Source of the DNA: Mytilus edulis
Lineage: Eukaryota
Reading direction: 5' to 3'
Length of the DNA: 64,000 nt
Assembly: GCF_963676685.1 (NCBI RefSeq)
Contig: NC_092345.1
Location: forward strand, 104,718,001-104,782,000
In this document: positions 51,901-62,463 of the stretch, one piece after another
How positions within the stretch are numbered: position 1 is the first letter of the stretch
Layout: every line of letters starts with the position of its first letter
Position numbers and translations under genes: made by a program
Notes under the pieces: model-generated
What the model was told of the DNA's origin: nothing
The model's input: the letters and a program-made list of their open reading frames with translations, nothing else
The model's database searches: none

Positions 51901-54900
51901 CAGAGGTTTGTTTATATCACTGTTTATCAAATTATTCTTAGTAGAGAAAATAAAAAAAATACATATATGTAAAACAACAAATTATGGTTGCAGTCCCTAG
52001 TGTATAAGCAAAAAAATATAAATTATGTATTCCGTACGGAATTCTCTCGACATTGGTGTCCATTTAAAAAACTTCCTGTTTACCGATAAACTTCCTGTTT
52101 GCAGATTTTGGAGCTGAAACTTTTCCGAAAATGTCTAGGAGTATTATATGACCAATAAACTTTTTTCTCTCATTTCTTGAACCACAAAGGGGGTGCGCAC
52201 TATACACACCAAAAGACGGTAGTCAGGAATTTTTGAATTCCCTTCCATACACTGCCATACACAGAACTATTTCCCTTAAAGTTTAGTGCTTTGTTGGTCC
52301 ATGTGTTTATGAAGTCTGATTTTCTTTGCCACATCAGCTTCTCTATCTGTATTCATCCTTCCTGCTTTAAATTGTGTTAAATTTAACCTTTTATGACAAG
52401 ATGGCAGACTTTCGTCAAGCTTATACTTTTTTAATTCATTTGGGAATTCCTTTTTTTTTCTTTTGCAGACCAAGCTCAACAAGAGTACTTCTCCCAGTTC
52501 AAATTTCCTGCTCGACATAATGTGACTTATCATCTATGGTCACTAGGGGCATACAATGTTATGATCAGGTCTGGGTACCATGGATTATATAAAGATACAC
52601 AGCAGAAGGTTAGAAGTTCACTATATTAACAAGTCACGACAGTCACACTATTAACCTCGTCTGTAATAATGGATGTTTGCCAGCTTGACAGCTTAAATGA
52701 TGGAATATTCAATTTGTATTTCAAGACTACACTCTGAAAAATAAGAATAGATCATTTAAACACTGAATACCATCACCAAAAACCAACAAACATTTAAAAA
52801 ATACAAAAAACAAGCAGAATAAAAAAAAACAAGGTGTGACATCACTTAAAACTAAAAGAACAATTCTTTGAAAGATTTTTACAAGGATATATATATTACA
52901 TAAAGAAATATCCCTGTCAAAACAGATACATGTATCTCCCTTTATTGTTGATAATTCCATATTTCAAACTGAAAAGATGTATTAATTTTTTTAAATATTT
53001 AGCTAAATTGTCTCTGAATGACCTAAGATCTGTCTCTAAATAGCCCTTAAGTGGTGTTCAACTAATTAAAACAGTTTCAGTTTCTGAATTTGTAAAAAGA
53101 CATGAAATGAGTTTAATTACACTTAGTCGCCATCATATTTTGACCTTAACTTTTTTACTCATGGTTTTAGATTATTGACAAAATTTTGATTTCATATAAA
53201 GATGAAGAACATGTATATATATATTTAGGTATCTTTTATCCATGTATCTCCTAAGATGGAGTACCAGTCTAATTATGGTATAGAACAGCTGACTGTTAGT
53301 GAGGTATCCAAAGATTGGGCGTCGGCTTATGTCAGACCAAACTGTAAAATAATCAGAGGTATGTCAGACCCAACTGTAAATTATCAGAGGTATACATTTC
53401 TGCTCACCTTAAATTGTGATAAGAGGACAAATTATCTTACCTCCTATACATTTCCAGGAATATGATTGGTTAAAAGCGTCCGCGTGCAAACCGTGTATAT
53501 TTGATATTAGGTTAGTAGGGAGGCAGGGCTTGTCTCATACACGGTTAGTAGTGGAGTTACGTCCCTTTATATTCCTTATTAGGTAAGAAGGGGGCGGGGC
53601 TTATTTCATACACGGTTAGTAATGGTGTTATGTCCCTTTATAAAAAACAAAACGGTACTGAGAATAAATCTTAAAAGTTCCAACAGACGAAGAAATTGAT
53701 GATTAAGATTGAATTAAATTCATTTAAACCTTACAAGTCGTTATTCTTGGCATCTGTTTTTGTAGGATCAATGGAAGTATTTTCTTAGTGCTCACAGTAT
53801 TGAAGACTTGCTCAATTTGAGAATCACTAGTATTAATTTCACCCGTTAAGATAGTCGGTAAGATAAATTCGTTACATAGTGTGCTAGTGACGTAATATGG
53901 TATATATGGGGTCAGTAAATTCCATATGGGGATTCGAGCTTCGCTCTCACCCCATATGGAATTTACTGACCCCATATATACCGTATTAGGTCACTAGCAC
54001 ACTATGTAACTAATAATATTTTATTTTATCTTACCTCCTATACATTTCTATGAATATGATTGGTTAAAAGCGTCCGCGTGCAAACCGTGTATATTCAATA
54101 TTAGGTTAGTAGGGGGGCGGGGCTTATTCCATACACGGTTAGTAGTGGAGTTACGTCCCTTTGTATAGTAAAGATGGCGTCGACGAGAGGTTCGAAACGT
54201 TTCGCAACCACAACAAATGAAGAAATTGATGCAAAAAGATTGAATATTAATGCGGAAAATACCTTAAAAGCAAACAGAAAGTGTGCTAATATACTGCGGG
54301 ACTATCTTCAGGAGAAACAACAAGATGATGAGTTTGAAAAATTTGATTGTGTCCGACTGAATGAGACTCTGTGTCATTTTTATGTCGACCTACGGAAAGG
54401 GGATGGTAAACGATACAAAGCATCGTCACTGGAGTCCATCATGCATGGCATTAACAGATATCTTAAGGCTCCTCCGCACAGTAAAACGTTTGATATTGTG
54501 AAGGATTCTCCATTTAATGACAGTAACGCAAACTTTAAAGCCGTCTTGGCAGAATCGAAACGTTTTGGACTAGGTGACGTTGAACATTTCCCCGTTATTA
54601 ATGAAGTTGATCGTGAAACACTGTATACATCTATGTATCTTTCATCTACAACTCCAACTGGCCTGGCAAATAAAGTTCAGTTTGACATCAGACTTTATTT
54701 TTGCAGAAGAGGAATTGAAAATATGCACAGTATGACCAAATGTACCTTCACAATTAAAACTGACATTAAAACAGGATTAAAATATGTTACTAAGGCAAAA
54801 GATGAACTTACTAAAAACCATAGGGAATCGGATAAGGAGCTTGTCTCTGGAGTAATGCCAGAATCACCAGGTGAGTGTATGACAATAAAGGGGGGGGTGT

Positions 54901-57900
54901 TATTAGACAATTGAAAGGATGAGAAAAAAAAGATAATTAGAACATTACACCATACTAATTGTGTATAAAAAATATATGATAAAATTGAGAATGGAAATGG
55001 GGAATGTGTCAAAGAGATAACAAGCGACCAAATAAAAAACAACAGCATTACTAACTTTATTTCAAATATACAACATTGGCGATTGCCACACAGACATGAA
55101 TGACAATCAATGATATTCCTGAAAATATAAAAACTTAAAACAACAAGTACATTTATTACTATAAATAGTTATGAAAGGTAGCAATATCATTATCTAATTA
55201 TAGACTAAAACAGGAATCTGTAATTTATTGTTGTGTTGTTTATTGCTGTAAGTAAAATGCATATCATACATGTATTTCTCATTTGAATAAATTTACATGT
55301 GTCATTTCGGAACCTTCTACATGTCTGATATATCAATGTAAATACAAGAAATACATATACCCATTGTTGAAGGCTGTACGGTGACCTGTCACTTATAGTT
55401 AAACGTTGTTAATGTCTGTGTCATTTTGGTCTCTTGTGGACAGTTGTCTCATTGGCAATCATACCACATCTTCTTTTTTATATATAGTATCTACATGTAC
55501 GTCTTTGTTGTTGATGTTAAACCTGAAAATATCTAAATGATTACTCTATATTTCAGGATCTGTGTATTGTCCTGTTGCCTCATACGAGAACTATATTCGT
55601 AGATTACATCCATCAAATGATCGTTTATGGCAGAAACCGTTGGATAGTTTTTCCACAGAGGCTGATGTCTGGTATTGTAATATGCCACTAGGAGAAAAAA
55701 AACTAAGTACATTTATGTCAGAACTCAGTAAGAAGTGTAAGTTGTCTATTGTTTATACCAATCACTCAATACGAGCAACTGGAGCCACAGTTTTATCACA
55801 AAACATGTATGGATCTGCGCAAATAATGGCAGTCACTGGGCACAAGTCCGTACAGTCACTCACAACGTACCAGCCTGTTGATACTAACGAGAAAATTAAA
55901 ATGGGTAAAACTATATCTGACAATCTTGTGCAAAGAGCAGTTATTGCTTCCAACCATACATGCAATAGATCCAAAAGTGATGATAGTGGGTCATTTATGG
56001 AACAAATACAAGATATTGACATTGGAGATATTTTAGGAGACTTTGATGACAATGGGCCGAAACCCATCCAATACAGACAAACAACCACATGCATGCAGTC
56101 GACAAAACCTCAGAGTCAGATCTTCTATGGCAATGTTACTGTTATACACAACCTTACCATCAACAAGTAGTTGTGAGAAAATTATCACACTTGTCATGTT
56201 GACATCAACATTTATTTTTCAATTTGTACACAAAAAATGTGTTGCATGTTGACTTCGACACTATTTGTCGCCTAAATGTATTGAACATTTTGTTTTAATT
56301 AATATTGTTATATCAAGGTTATTGATATTAAATTGTTAATGTTGACATTTGTTTTTCTCTTTCAATAAGACCAATGAAAGTAGATTCTTAAAGTTGTAGA
56401 TTTGAACACTTTGATATAAAGACCTGGTATGATTGTAAATGAGACAACTCTAGTTGAGATTCAACAAATAAAGATAGTCGGTAAGATAAATTCGTTACAT
56501 AGTGTGCTAGTAACCTAATACGATATATACGGGGTAAGTAAATTCCATATGGGGTTCGAGCTTCGCTCTCACCCCATATGGAATTTACTAACCCCGTATA
56601 TATCGTATTAGGTCACTAACACACTATGTAACTAATATTCTCTTAAATTAAAAAATAATTCATAGACTTGAATTTATATTGATATTCTTTGTTCAAGCTC
56701 CCATGAATGATTTTTATTCCAGTGCGACACAATTCTTTTTATCATAGTTTATTAATGTTTCCATGTCATTATGACTTTCACTTTCACATTGGTGCATTTT
56801 CATGTAGAATGCTAATATTATTACATCATTGTTCAGTGGTATCATATTTACATATGGGAATATTGATTGGAACACCCCAAATAAATTTTGATGCTGCCAA
56901 TTAGCTGGCATACAATATATTCATATTTTGCCATAGGTGACGTGTGTATTTAAAGCATTTGGAGAATGTGTTATTAGAATGTTTGATTTATTCAAACGAT
57001 TGTACTGTAAATTCACAAATTATTGCTTGCAAAGTAAGTAAGTAAGTATATCATTTATTATAGTGACATGTGTAGTATATATAATATTACATAATAAGAA
57101 TACAATAGTTAAATAAATTTACACCCGGCCCGTTGGACCTATAAGTCACTTTAAACCTAATGTTCAAATTTGCATTACGCAATGTGATTGTTACTTATAA
57201 AGAAGTTCCTTTCTTTTACAGAAAAATAAATTTAAATATTTAGCAGTTTGTCTTTGATGAAGTGTCATTAAATTAGCAAATGTTCTATTATCAATAAAAT
57301 GTCTATCAAGGTTCACTGATTCAAATAATAATTGTCTTAAATTATGGTAAGCTTTACAGTACAACAAGAAATGTTTTTCATCTTCAACAGATCCGTCATC
57401 GCAGAAAGTGCAAAATCGTTCATCAGGAGCCTCATTTCTAAATCGTCCAGTTTCAATGCGTAAGGGTAGAATACCACAGCGAAATTGTGCCATAACTGAT
57501 CGTTCCTGTTTCTTAATGTTCATTTTGACGTAAAGTTCAGTCTCGTACTTCTGTTTAATAGTAATGTAAGTCCTTAATTTGGGTAGAGAAGTGATTTTAC
57601 CAGTCCAATCGTTTTCACAGTATTCCATAATCTTTGTTTTAAAAAGTTCAATGTTGCATAAATTTACATATTCATAGCAACTGTCCATGTCCACTTTGTG
57701 AAAAATTTCCTTCATCTGAGAGCTCCACTGGCCCGATTTATTATAGTTCCAAAGAAAAAGCTTTTCGTTAGTCTATCATTGTCCATTTTAACAAGCCGAT
57801 TCCATCTTCTAACCATAGAAATCCACCGTCTTAAAGTTGGCTGTAACCATCCTAGTTCACTGTTTAGAGAAACTACTGGTGCAAATCTGTGTAATCCCAA

Positions 57901-60900
57901 AAAATATCTAATAGCACGGTTTTGTACAGATTCAATGGAGTGGTATGTTTTATATCCCCAAACATCTGCGCAATAATCGACTGGTACAACACACGACTCG
58001 AAAAGGGTTTCAAATGTTTTAAATGCAACGTCCTTAAAATTGTGAATCTTTGATATCATCCCTCCTAGTGCCCGTCCTCCAGCTTTACCTAATGTTTCGG
58101 TGGCAATACTAAAATCCATTTTATCATTGAAAATAATGCCAAGATATTTGTAGTGACTTACATATTGTAAACTGTTTGGTCCAATCTTGAAATTAAAGTT
58201 GCTTCGTGGGACACGCTGTTTTCTAAAATGCATGACATTTGATTTTGAACAGTTAACACTGAGTCTCCATCGTTGGCACCAACTGTATAACACATCTAAG
58301 CAACGTTGCATATCATTTTCGTTCTCTGTTAGAATAACAATGTCGTCAGCATATAAGAGAAGAATGATTTTCTCATTATCAAAAGGTATTCCAGTTTCTA
58401 GATCTTTTATTTCAGTAGCTAAATCGTTGACAAATAAAGCGAACAATGTAGGCGATAAATTATCCCCTTGGCGTACCCCGTTTGAACACTGGAACCAATT
58501 TGTACGATGATCATTTACGCAGACACATGATTCTGTGTCAATGTATAAGCTAGAAATAGCATTATACATGTTTCCGTCAATACCGTTTAATTGCAGTTTG
58601 TATTGTAATAAATCCCTATCTACATAATCAAATGCTTTTTGCAGGTCCACAAAGGTAGCAAATGTTGATTTCCTATCCTGAATAAGGCAATTCAAAGAAA
58701 ACACATGATCCTCACATGACCTATCTCTTCTAAAACCATTTTGTTCATCAACAATTAATCTGTTGTCTTCTAAAAATTTTTGCACTCGGTTATTTAAAGT
58801 AGAACTGTAACATTTCGCAATTACCGAGAGTAAACTAATCCCTCTGTAATTCATTGGAATTCTCAAGTCAATAGCAGAACCTTTCGGAATTGGTCGAATT
58901 ATTGCTTTCCTCCATAACGACGGAACTTTTCCTGTGTCGAAACAGAACTGAAACAACACCTGCAATAGTTTAATAATTGGTTCATTTTTAAGCACTTCAT
59001 TATAAATTCCATCTATTCCAGGAGCTTTTTTCTCTTTCAAATGTAAAACAACTTTTTGTATTTCGTCTATATGAATGTTCTGATTCAGTATATCATTTGG
59101 TATATACAACGGGTCAAGCATATTATCTTCTAAAAGTCTTTTATGTCATTATGCGTTTTCATAAAATTCATCATCGTAATCGTCCTTGATGTTCATGTAC
59201 AAATTTCTAAAATCGGATTCCCATTTGTTTATCACTGTTTTCTCATCGAATGACGTAGAACCATCGTCATTAACACATTCCATCGGAATAGCATTCTCTT
59301 CTTAGGACCAAGTTTTTGTAATTCTGCACAAAATTTTTTCGAATCTTCTGTATTCAGAGTTTCTATTTGTAAAGATAAATCCTGCTTATATTTCCGTTCA
59401 TGAAATCGTAAACGCTTATCGAATTTCTTTTACGCCATAACAAATTTGTCCCGTGTCTCACGTTTCGCTTTACTGGTTCTAGATTTCCTAAATTGTTTTT
59501 CGCAACTGTGCATAGTTACCCATAAATCACTTAATTCTTGATTCCAGAATGGTTTTTCGTGTTTAAAATGTTTTCTTGTTTTTCTAGACGCCTCATGATA
59601 TGGTATTGTTTCTTCCATTTCTTTTTTAACAAGTTTGCATAATTCTTCGTAGACCGTATCAATGTCTTCTTGCTGTTCTCTGCACAGTTCAATTTGACGA
59701 ATAACCATATGTTTAGCCTCTTTCGTGATGTCGGAGCACATAAAGTTTGACAGTATTTCTTTAAATCTGAATCTTTTCTTTGTCGACAAAACGTTATGTT
59801 TCACATTTTCAGATTTAATTATTAAGTTTTCGACATAATCTAATATTGCAATTAGTTTGGCATTTTTTTTTTTAAAGATGACAAAAATGCAAATTTATTT
59901 ATCACGATTTCAGGAAAATAAGCATACAGATATAGTCATCAAATTCTTAATACAGATTCTTATTATTGCAGTACTCATCCACTTGCATTATCTCCATGAA
60001 TAAAAACCCTGCAATAGTTCTTGAATTCACAGTATGTAGATTAACACATGTTGTTTAGAGTGAAACTAAATTAATCTGAACTGACTTTTTATTCTATTTC
60101 AGCCAGAGTCAATCCTTTGCAATCAGATATTGTCTCTATGAAGGAAGAAGAATTAAGTAAAATGTCAACAATTTCTCATGGTTTTAAGTAAGTTACTTTA
60201 AAAGTAATTGACTTTCAAAAAAGATCTGTTTATTATCTGATTATATTTGATTTCAAGTGTAATAGATTATTTTCATATTACTGACAGAATTGTTTAACAT
60301 TTGAATACCAGTGCACCTCAACTGATAACCTCCATGTCACCTTGAGTTTAATAAGGAAGAAATGACAGCTACATGTGTTTTAATTTTAAAATTGTTAAGA
60401 ATTTCTTCATCATTTTTTTCAGTCCCGCCAATGGATTTCAGATGTTAGCCAATGTGTTCCATAGACTTCATCAGTAAGTATTATTCATTGTTGTCCAGCC
60501 TGCAACTTTTGTTGCAGAAAGCTCGACATAGGGTTAGTGATCCGGCAGCGGCGGCGTTAGCTCACTTCTTAAAAGCTTTATATTTTAGAAGGTGGAAGAC
60601 CTGGATGCTTCATACTTTGTATATAGATGCTTCATGTTACGAAGTTTCTGTCTGTCACAGGTCCAATGTCCTTGACCTCATTTTCATGGTTCAGTGACCA
60701 CTTGAATGTTGAATTCTCTCTTATTATAAGTAATAGGATAACTATATTTGATATGTGCGTACCTTGCAAGGTCCTCATGTCTGTCAGACAGTTTTCACTT
60801 GACCTCGACCTCATTTTCATGGATCAGTGAACAAGGTTAAGTTTTGGTGGTCAAGTCCATATCTCAGATACTATAAGCAATAGGGCTAGTATATTCGGTG

Positions 60901-62202
60901 TATGGAAGGACTGTCAGGTGTACATGTCCAACTGGTAGGTGTCATCTGACCTTGACCTCATTTTCATGGTTCAGTGGTTATAGTTAAATTTTTATATTTT
61001 GGTCTGTTTTTCTCATAGTATATGCAATAGGTCTACTATATTTGTTGTATGGAATGATTGTAAGGTGTACATGTCTAGGGGGCAGATGTCATGTGACCTT
61101 GACCTCATTTTCATGGTTCAGTGATCAAAGTTAAGTTTTTGAGTTTTGGTCTTTTTATCTAATACTATATGCCATAGGTCAACTATATTTGGTGTATGGA
61201 AATATTTTATGATCTTTATGTCAGTCGCGCAGGTTTTATTTGACCGTGACCTCATTTTCACGGTTCATTGCACAGTGTTAAGTTTTTGTGTTTTGGTCTA
61301 TTTTTCTTAAACTATAAGTAATGGGTCAACTAAATATGTTGTATAGAAGCATTGTTAGCTGTACATGTCTGCCTGGCATGGTTCATTTGACCTTGACCTC
61401 ATTTTCAAGGTTCATTGGTCTTTGTTTAGTTATCTTGGTTAATGTTAAGTTAAGGTGACAGTTGTAATATAGCTTAGCTTTATACTTAGTACTATCAACA
61501 TAATATCAATGATAAGTATAGAAGGTGAGACATTTTAGCGTGTGCACTCTTGTCTGAAATAGCATGGTTTACATTAATGTAAAGAAAGAGAAACTTAATA
61601 CTCTTCCCTGAAACTACAAAGCAAGACGTTTTTTACTTTACGACTTTACGCGATTGTTAATTGGGTAATCCTCAACAAGCAAACCCTTTTTAATCTTGTT
61701 AGGTGGCAAACATGGTAGCTTTGGTGGAATTAATTTCCATTCAAACCATGTGGTAAATAATACTGTCATCTCCTTTTTAAAACCACTAGCCAAATGTAAA
61801 ATATACTTGGTGGGAATCATCTACTGACGAGCAATATATTTTGGCAAATTTTGCAGATAGAGAAAAATAAAACTTATATTAATCTACAAGATTATGTGAA
61901 AATTGTGTTTGCTCACATGTGAATGAAACAACAAATCAGAAAATCACGTAAAAGAATCTCTAAATCTGATAGAAAGAACTAAATTATCTCCCTTGTTCAT
62001 TTTCAATGGTGTATAAAAGAGAACTTGAAGTAATTTAGTTTTGAACCATACACTACAGGTTTTAAATCCAGCACAAAACTGCTCAACTGTGTATCACCTT
62101 CATATAATTTTTTTACAGATGTTCACCTGGTCAGTACCTGTTACATCATACTCCTGGATCATCTGAATGTCAGATCAAAAATGCAACAGACAATCATAAA
62201 AG
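21966..62202 (+). CDS. ICE2: Little elongation complex subunit 2 (ICE2/NARG2), 3'-incomplete in this window
   Basis: Phase-consistent GT-AG exons: 21966-21988, 26779-27507, 27934-28096, 28516-28635, 30992-31120, 34912-35046, 35267-35426, 36062-38642, 42776-42828 (or 42867), 50242-50301, 50563-50970, 51687-51905, 52469-52608, 53229-53358, 60103-60187, 60423-60473, 62119-62202; the next exon start is duplicated from 63263. Motifs SREQSRYL, DYNYLAPEA, VNNHAPNYNREWEIP, VVYIDNPLP and NARG2_C-type NVTYHLWSLG, PKMEYQSNYGIEQLT.SE, GQYLLHH are colinear with vertebrate ICE2. Confidence 0.9.
24753..25628 (+). CDS. Penelope-like reverse transcriptase, C-terminal part
   Basis: YRQIIGIPMGTNCAPLIADLFL, FRYLDD, PFLDL, KIYDKREDF, YISQLVRFARVC motifs; no endonuclease after the thumb. 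Confidence 0.88.
   Translation, partial: TCFDTIYALEFLLDNIFVRFGDSVYRQIIGIPMGTNCAPLIADLFLYCYELQFMTKISKDPSKQHLINKFNNTFRYLDDILALNNDDFSMYINEIYPVELTLNKANTNNDHCPFLDLDIYITNGKLNTKIYDKREDFSFPIVNYPFLDGDVPLSPSYCVYISQLVRFARVCNNVLDFNERNLCITEKLLHQGFRYHKLVKTFTKFYHRYKDIIRKYSSTCRLLIRSGISHPIFYGNILYKAQRCQYSPQKLTKPLNRLIKKGYNYDTVVKSLKIAYFGVNIESLIRSLHRN
25680..25745 (+). promoter_or_regulatory. Type-2 SECIS element in the retroelement 3' UTR
   Basis: ATGAT (25690-94) / TGAT (25732-35) quartet, 11-bp helix II GGTATGATACT:AGGATTGTGCC, unpaired AAA (25706-08), apical mini-stem CCC/GGG, helix I ATATG:CATAT. Confidence 0.8.
26779..27507 (+). CDS. ICE2: ICE2 exon 2 (charged low-complexity region)
   Basis: tattag|G AAT ... 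GAT AG|gttagt; W-NVPVDAGHNFFFTQEAFNKYS resembles the ICE2 N-terminus. Confidence 0.85.
28729..29481 (+). mobile_element. Helentron-type non-autonomous element, single-unit copy
   Basis: (GTC)n tract, one ~500-bp unit, 3' end ccaaggtgagagacacatgctcttaagagcctctagtt. Confidence 0.85.
30648..30747. other. Assembly gap (100 N)
   Basis: Run of N. Confidence 1.
31100..31860 (+). repeat. Tandem array derived from the ICE2 exon-5 donor junction
   Basis: About 18 variable copies of (gtta)gaactg|gtaaggccaaacaaa. Confidence 0.9.
32164..34621. mobile_element. hAT-like non-autonomous element
   Basis: Termini TAGACTTGGG / CCCATCTCTG, perfect 8-bp TSD GTCTTGTG (32156-63, 34622-29), subterminal GTAATC/GATTAC repeats. 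Confidence 0.85.
32794..33545. mobile_element. Mutator-like (MULE) derivative nested in the hAT element
   Basis: 9-bp TSD CATGTTAAT (32785-93, 33546-54), inverted CATTTGCGCCGAT repeats, FLYWCH-like remnant TSRGVNSLIIEGHTY on the minus strand. Confidence 0.75.
36062..38642 (+). CDS. ICE2: ICE2 exon 8 (2.58 kb, mostly disordered acidic/Ser-rich linker)
   Basis: tttcag|AT GGA ... TTA AG|gtcagt; begins with conserved HRVVYIDNPLPAKELTGRDKN. Confidence 0.9.
39157..42734. mobile_element. Foldback-type TIR element with GAAAAG subterminal repeats
   Basis: GGGGTTCGACGAGTTACAGAAAAGAGCGACGATTTAC ... GTAAATCGTCGCTCTTTTCTGTAAATCGTTGGACCGC; TAATTAA on both flanks; internal direct duplication ~39325-39690 / ~41209-41975. 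Confidence 0.8.
40089..40811. mobile_element. TTAA-TSD non-autonomous element (Kolobok-like), nested
   Basis: ttaa|AGGGGCATTAG ... CTTATGTCCCT|ttaa. Confidence 0.7.
43247..45564 (+). mobile_element. Helentron-type non-autonomous element with four 502-bp internal units
   Basis: 5' ttttAGCTCACCTggcccgaagggccaaGTGAGCT, (CGT/CCGT)n microsatellite, units starting 43371/43873/44375/44877, 3' AGGTGAGC plus hairpin aggctctttagagcct, T-rich target. Confidence 0.9.
45716..47010 (+). mobile_element. Helentron-type non-autonomous element with two internal units
   Basis: Same 5' and 3' ends as 43247-45564. Confidence 0.9.
47490..50093. repeat. 41-bp minisatellite, ~60 copies (44-bp and internally duplicated variants)
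   Basis: Unit tagtggacaacattagacctttgactattgtctataccat(c/g). Confidence 0.97.
51118..51495. repeat. 28-bp minisatellite
   Basis: Unit ggataggctataaataggctgtcaaaat. Confidence 0.95.
53432..54015 (+). mobile_element. Non-autonomous derivative of the adjacent tyrosine-recombinase element
   Basis: Same 5' ~135 bp (TTATCTTACCtcctatacattt...) and same 3' end (GGTAAGATAA plus 61-bp-arm palindrome) as 54026-56637; no YR gene. Confidence 0.85.
54057..54130 (+). promoter_or_regulatory. Internal promoter of the YR element (inverted CCAAT box plus GC box)
   Basis: tgATTGGtt at ~54057 and GGGGCGGGG at ~54113, 50-115 bp upstream of ATG 54174. Confidence 0.55.
54174..56170 (+). CDS. Tyrosine recombinase (Crypton/DUF3504, ZMYM/KCTD1-related), 436 aa, exons 54174-54870 and 55557-56170
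   Basis: CCAG|gtgagt ... tttcag|GA TCT joins the two ORFs in frame; catalytic set R (CRRGIEN), K (TKNH), HxxR (NHSIRAT), H (TGHKS), Y (SLTTY); N-terminal FYVDLRKGDGKRYKASSL is typical of the family. Confidence 0.9.
57033..59845 (-). mobile_element. 5'-truncated, frameshifted LINE (RTEX-like) with C-terminal CCHC zinc finger and (TACT)n tail
   Basis: ORF pieces 59430-59804, 57712-59121 (KAPGID, NYRGISL, DLQKAFD, GVRQGD, LYADD) and 57191-57715 (LRIETGRF..CTFC..EDEKHFLLYC); AATAAA then (TACT)n at 57033-57060. Confidence 0.88.
57191..59121 (-). pseudogene. LINE ORF2 RT plus zinc finger, broken by frameshifts
   Basis: RT motifs are continuous across frame changes near 57750 and 59140. Confidence 0.85.
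60488..61553 (+). mobile_element. Helentron-type non-autonomous element with ~147-bp internal repeats
   Basis: 5' hairpin ctgcaacttttgttgcag, repeated gaccttgacctcattttcatggttca, 3' gagacat...gtgtgcactcttgt. Confidence 0.75.
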
Positions 62203-62463
62203 GTAGGTTATACATAAAAGTAGGATTTACTTCATTTTTAGCTTTCTCCTTTTTGTCCTCTGCAGCAAAATGGAGCAGGGTACATATACTATTTGTCCAT
62301 TGGTCTCCACATCCATATTATTAGCACACTCATTGAATGAGATAACTGTTGATCAGTCACATATTATCTTGAAGAATGAAGGAATCAGAAAGTTAAGCAT
62401 GAGAAAAAATCAACAGTTATGTCCAAACAACAGATAAAAATAACAAAAGAAAAAAGAAATGCA

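Larger units (their letters stand above)
54026..56637 (+). mobile_element. Crypton-type tyrosine recombinase transposon, apparently complete
   Basis: TTATCTTACC (54026-35) / GGTAAGATAA (56480-89) inverted repeat, two-exon YR gene, terminal palindrome 56494-56632. Confidence 0.88.

Noticed and set aside
54174-56170. Domesticated host gene (KCTD1/ZMYM/QRICH1-like)
   Set aside because: All catalytic residues are present, there are no accessory host domains, and it is enclosed by element ends shared with a non-autonomous copy inside another gene's intron.
57027-59851. TTGCAA as TSD of the RTEX-like LINE
   Set aside because: A 6-bp AT-rich match with an uncertain 5' boundary could be chance.
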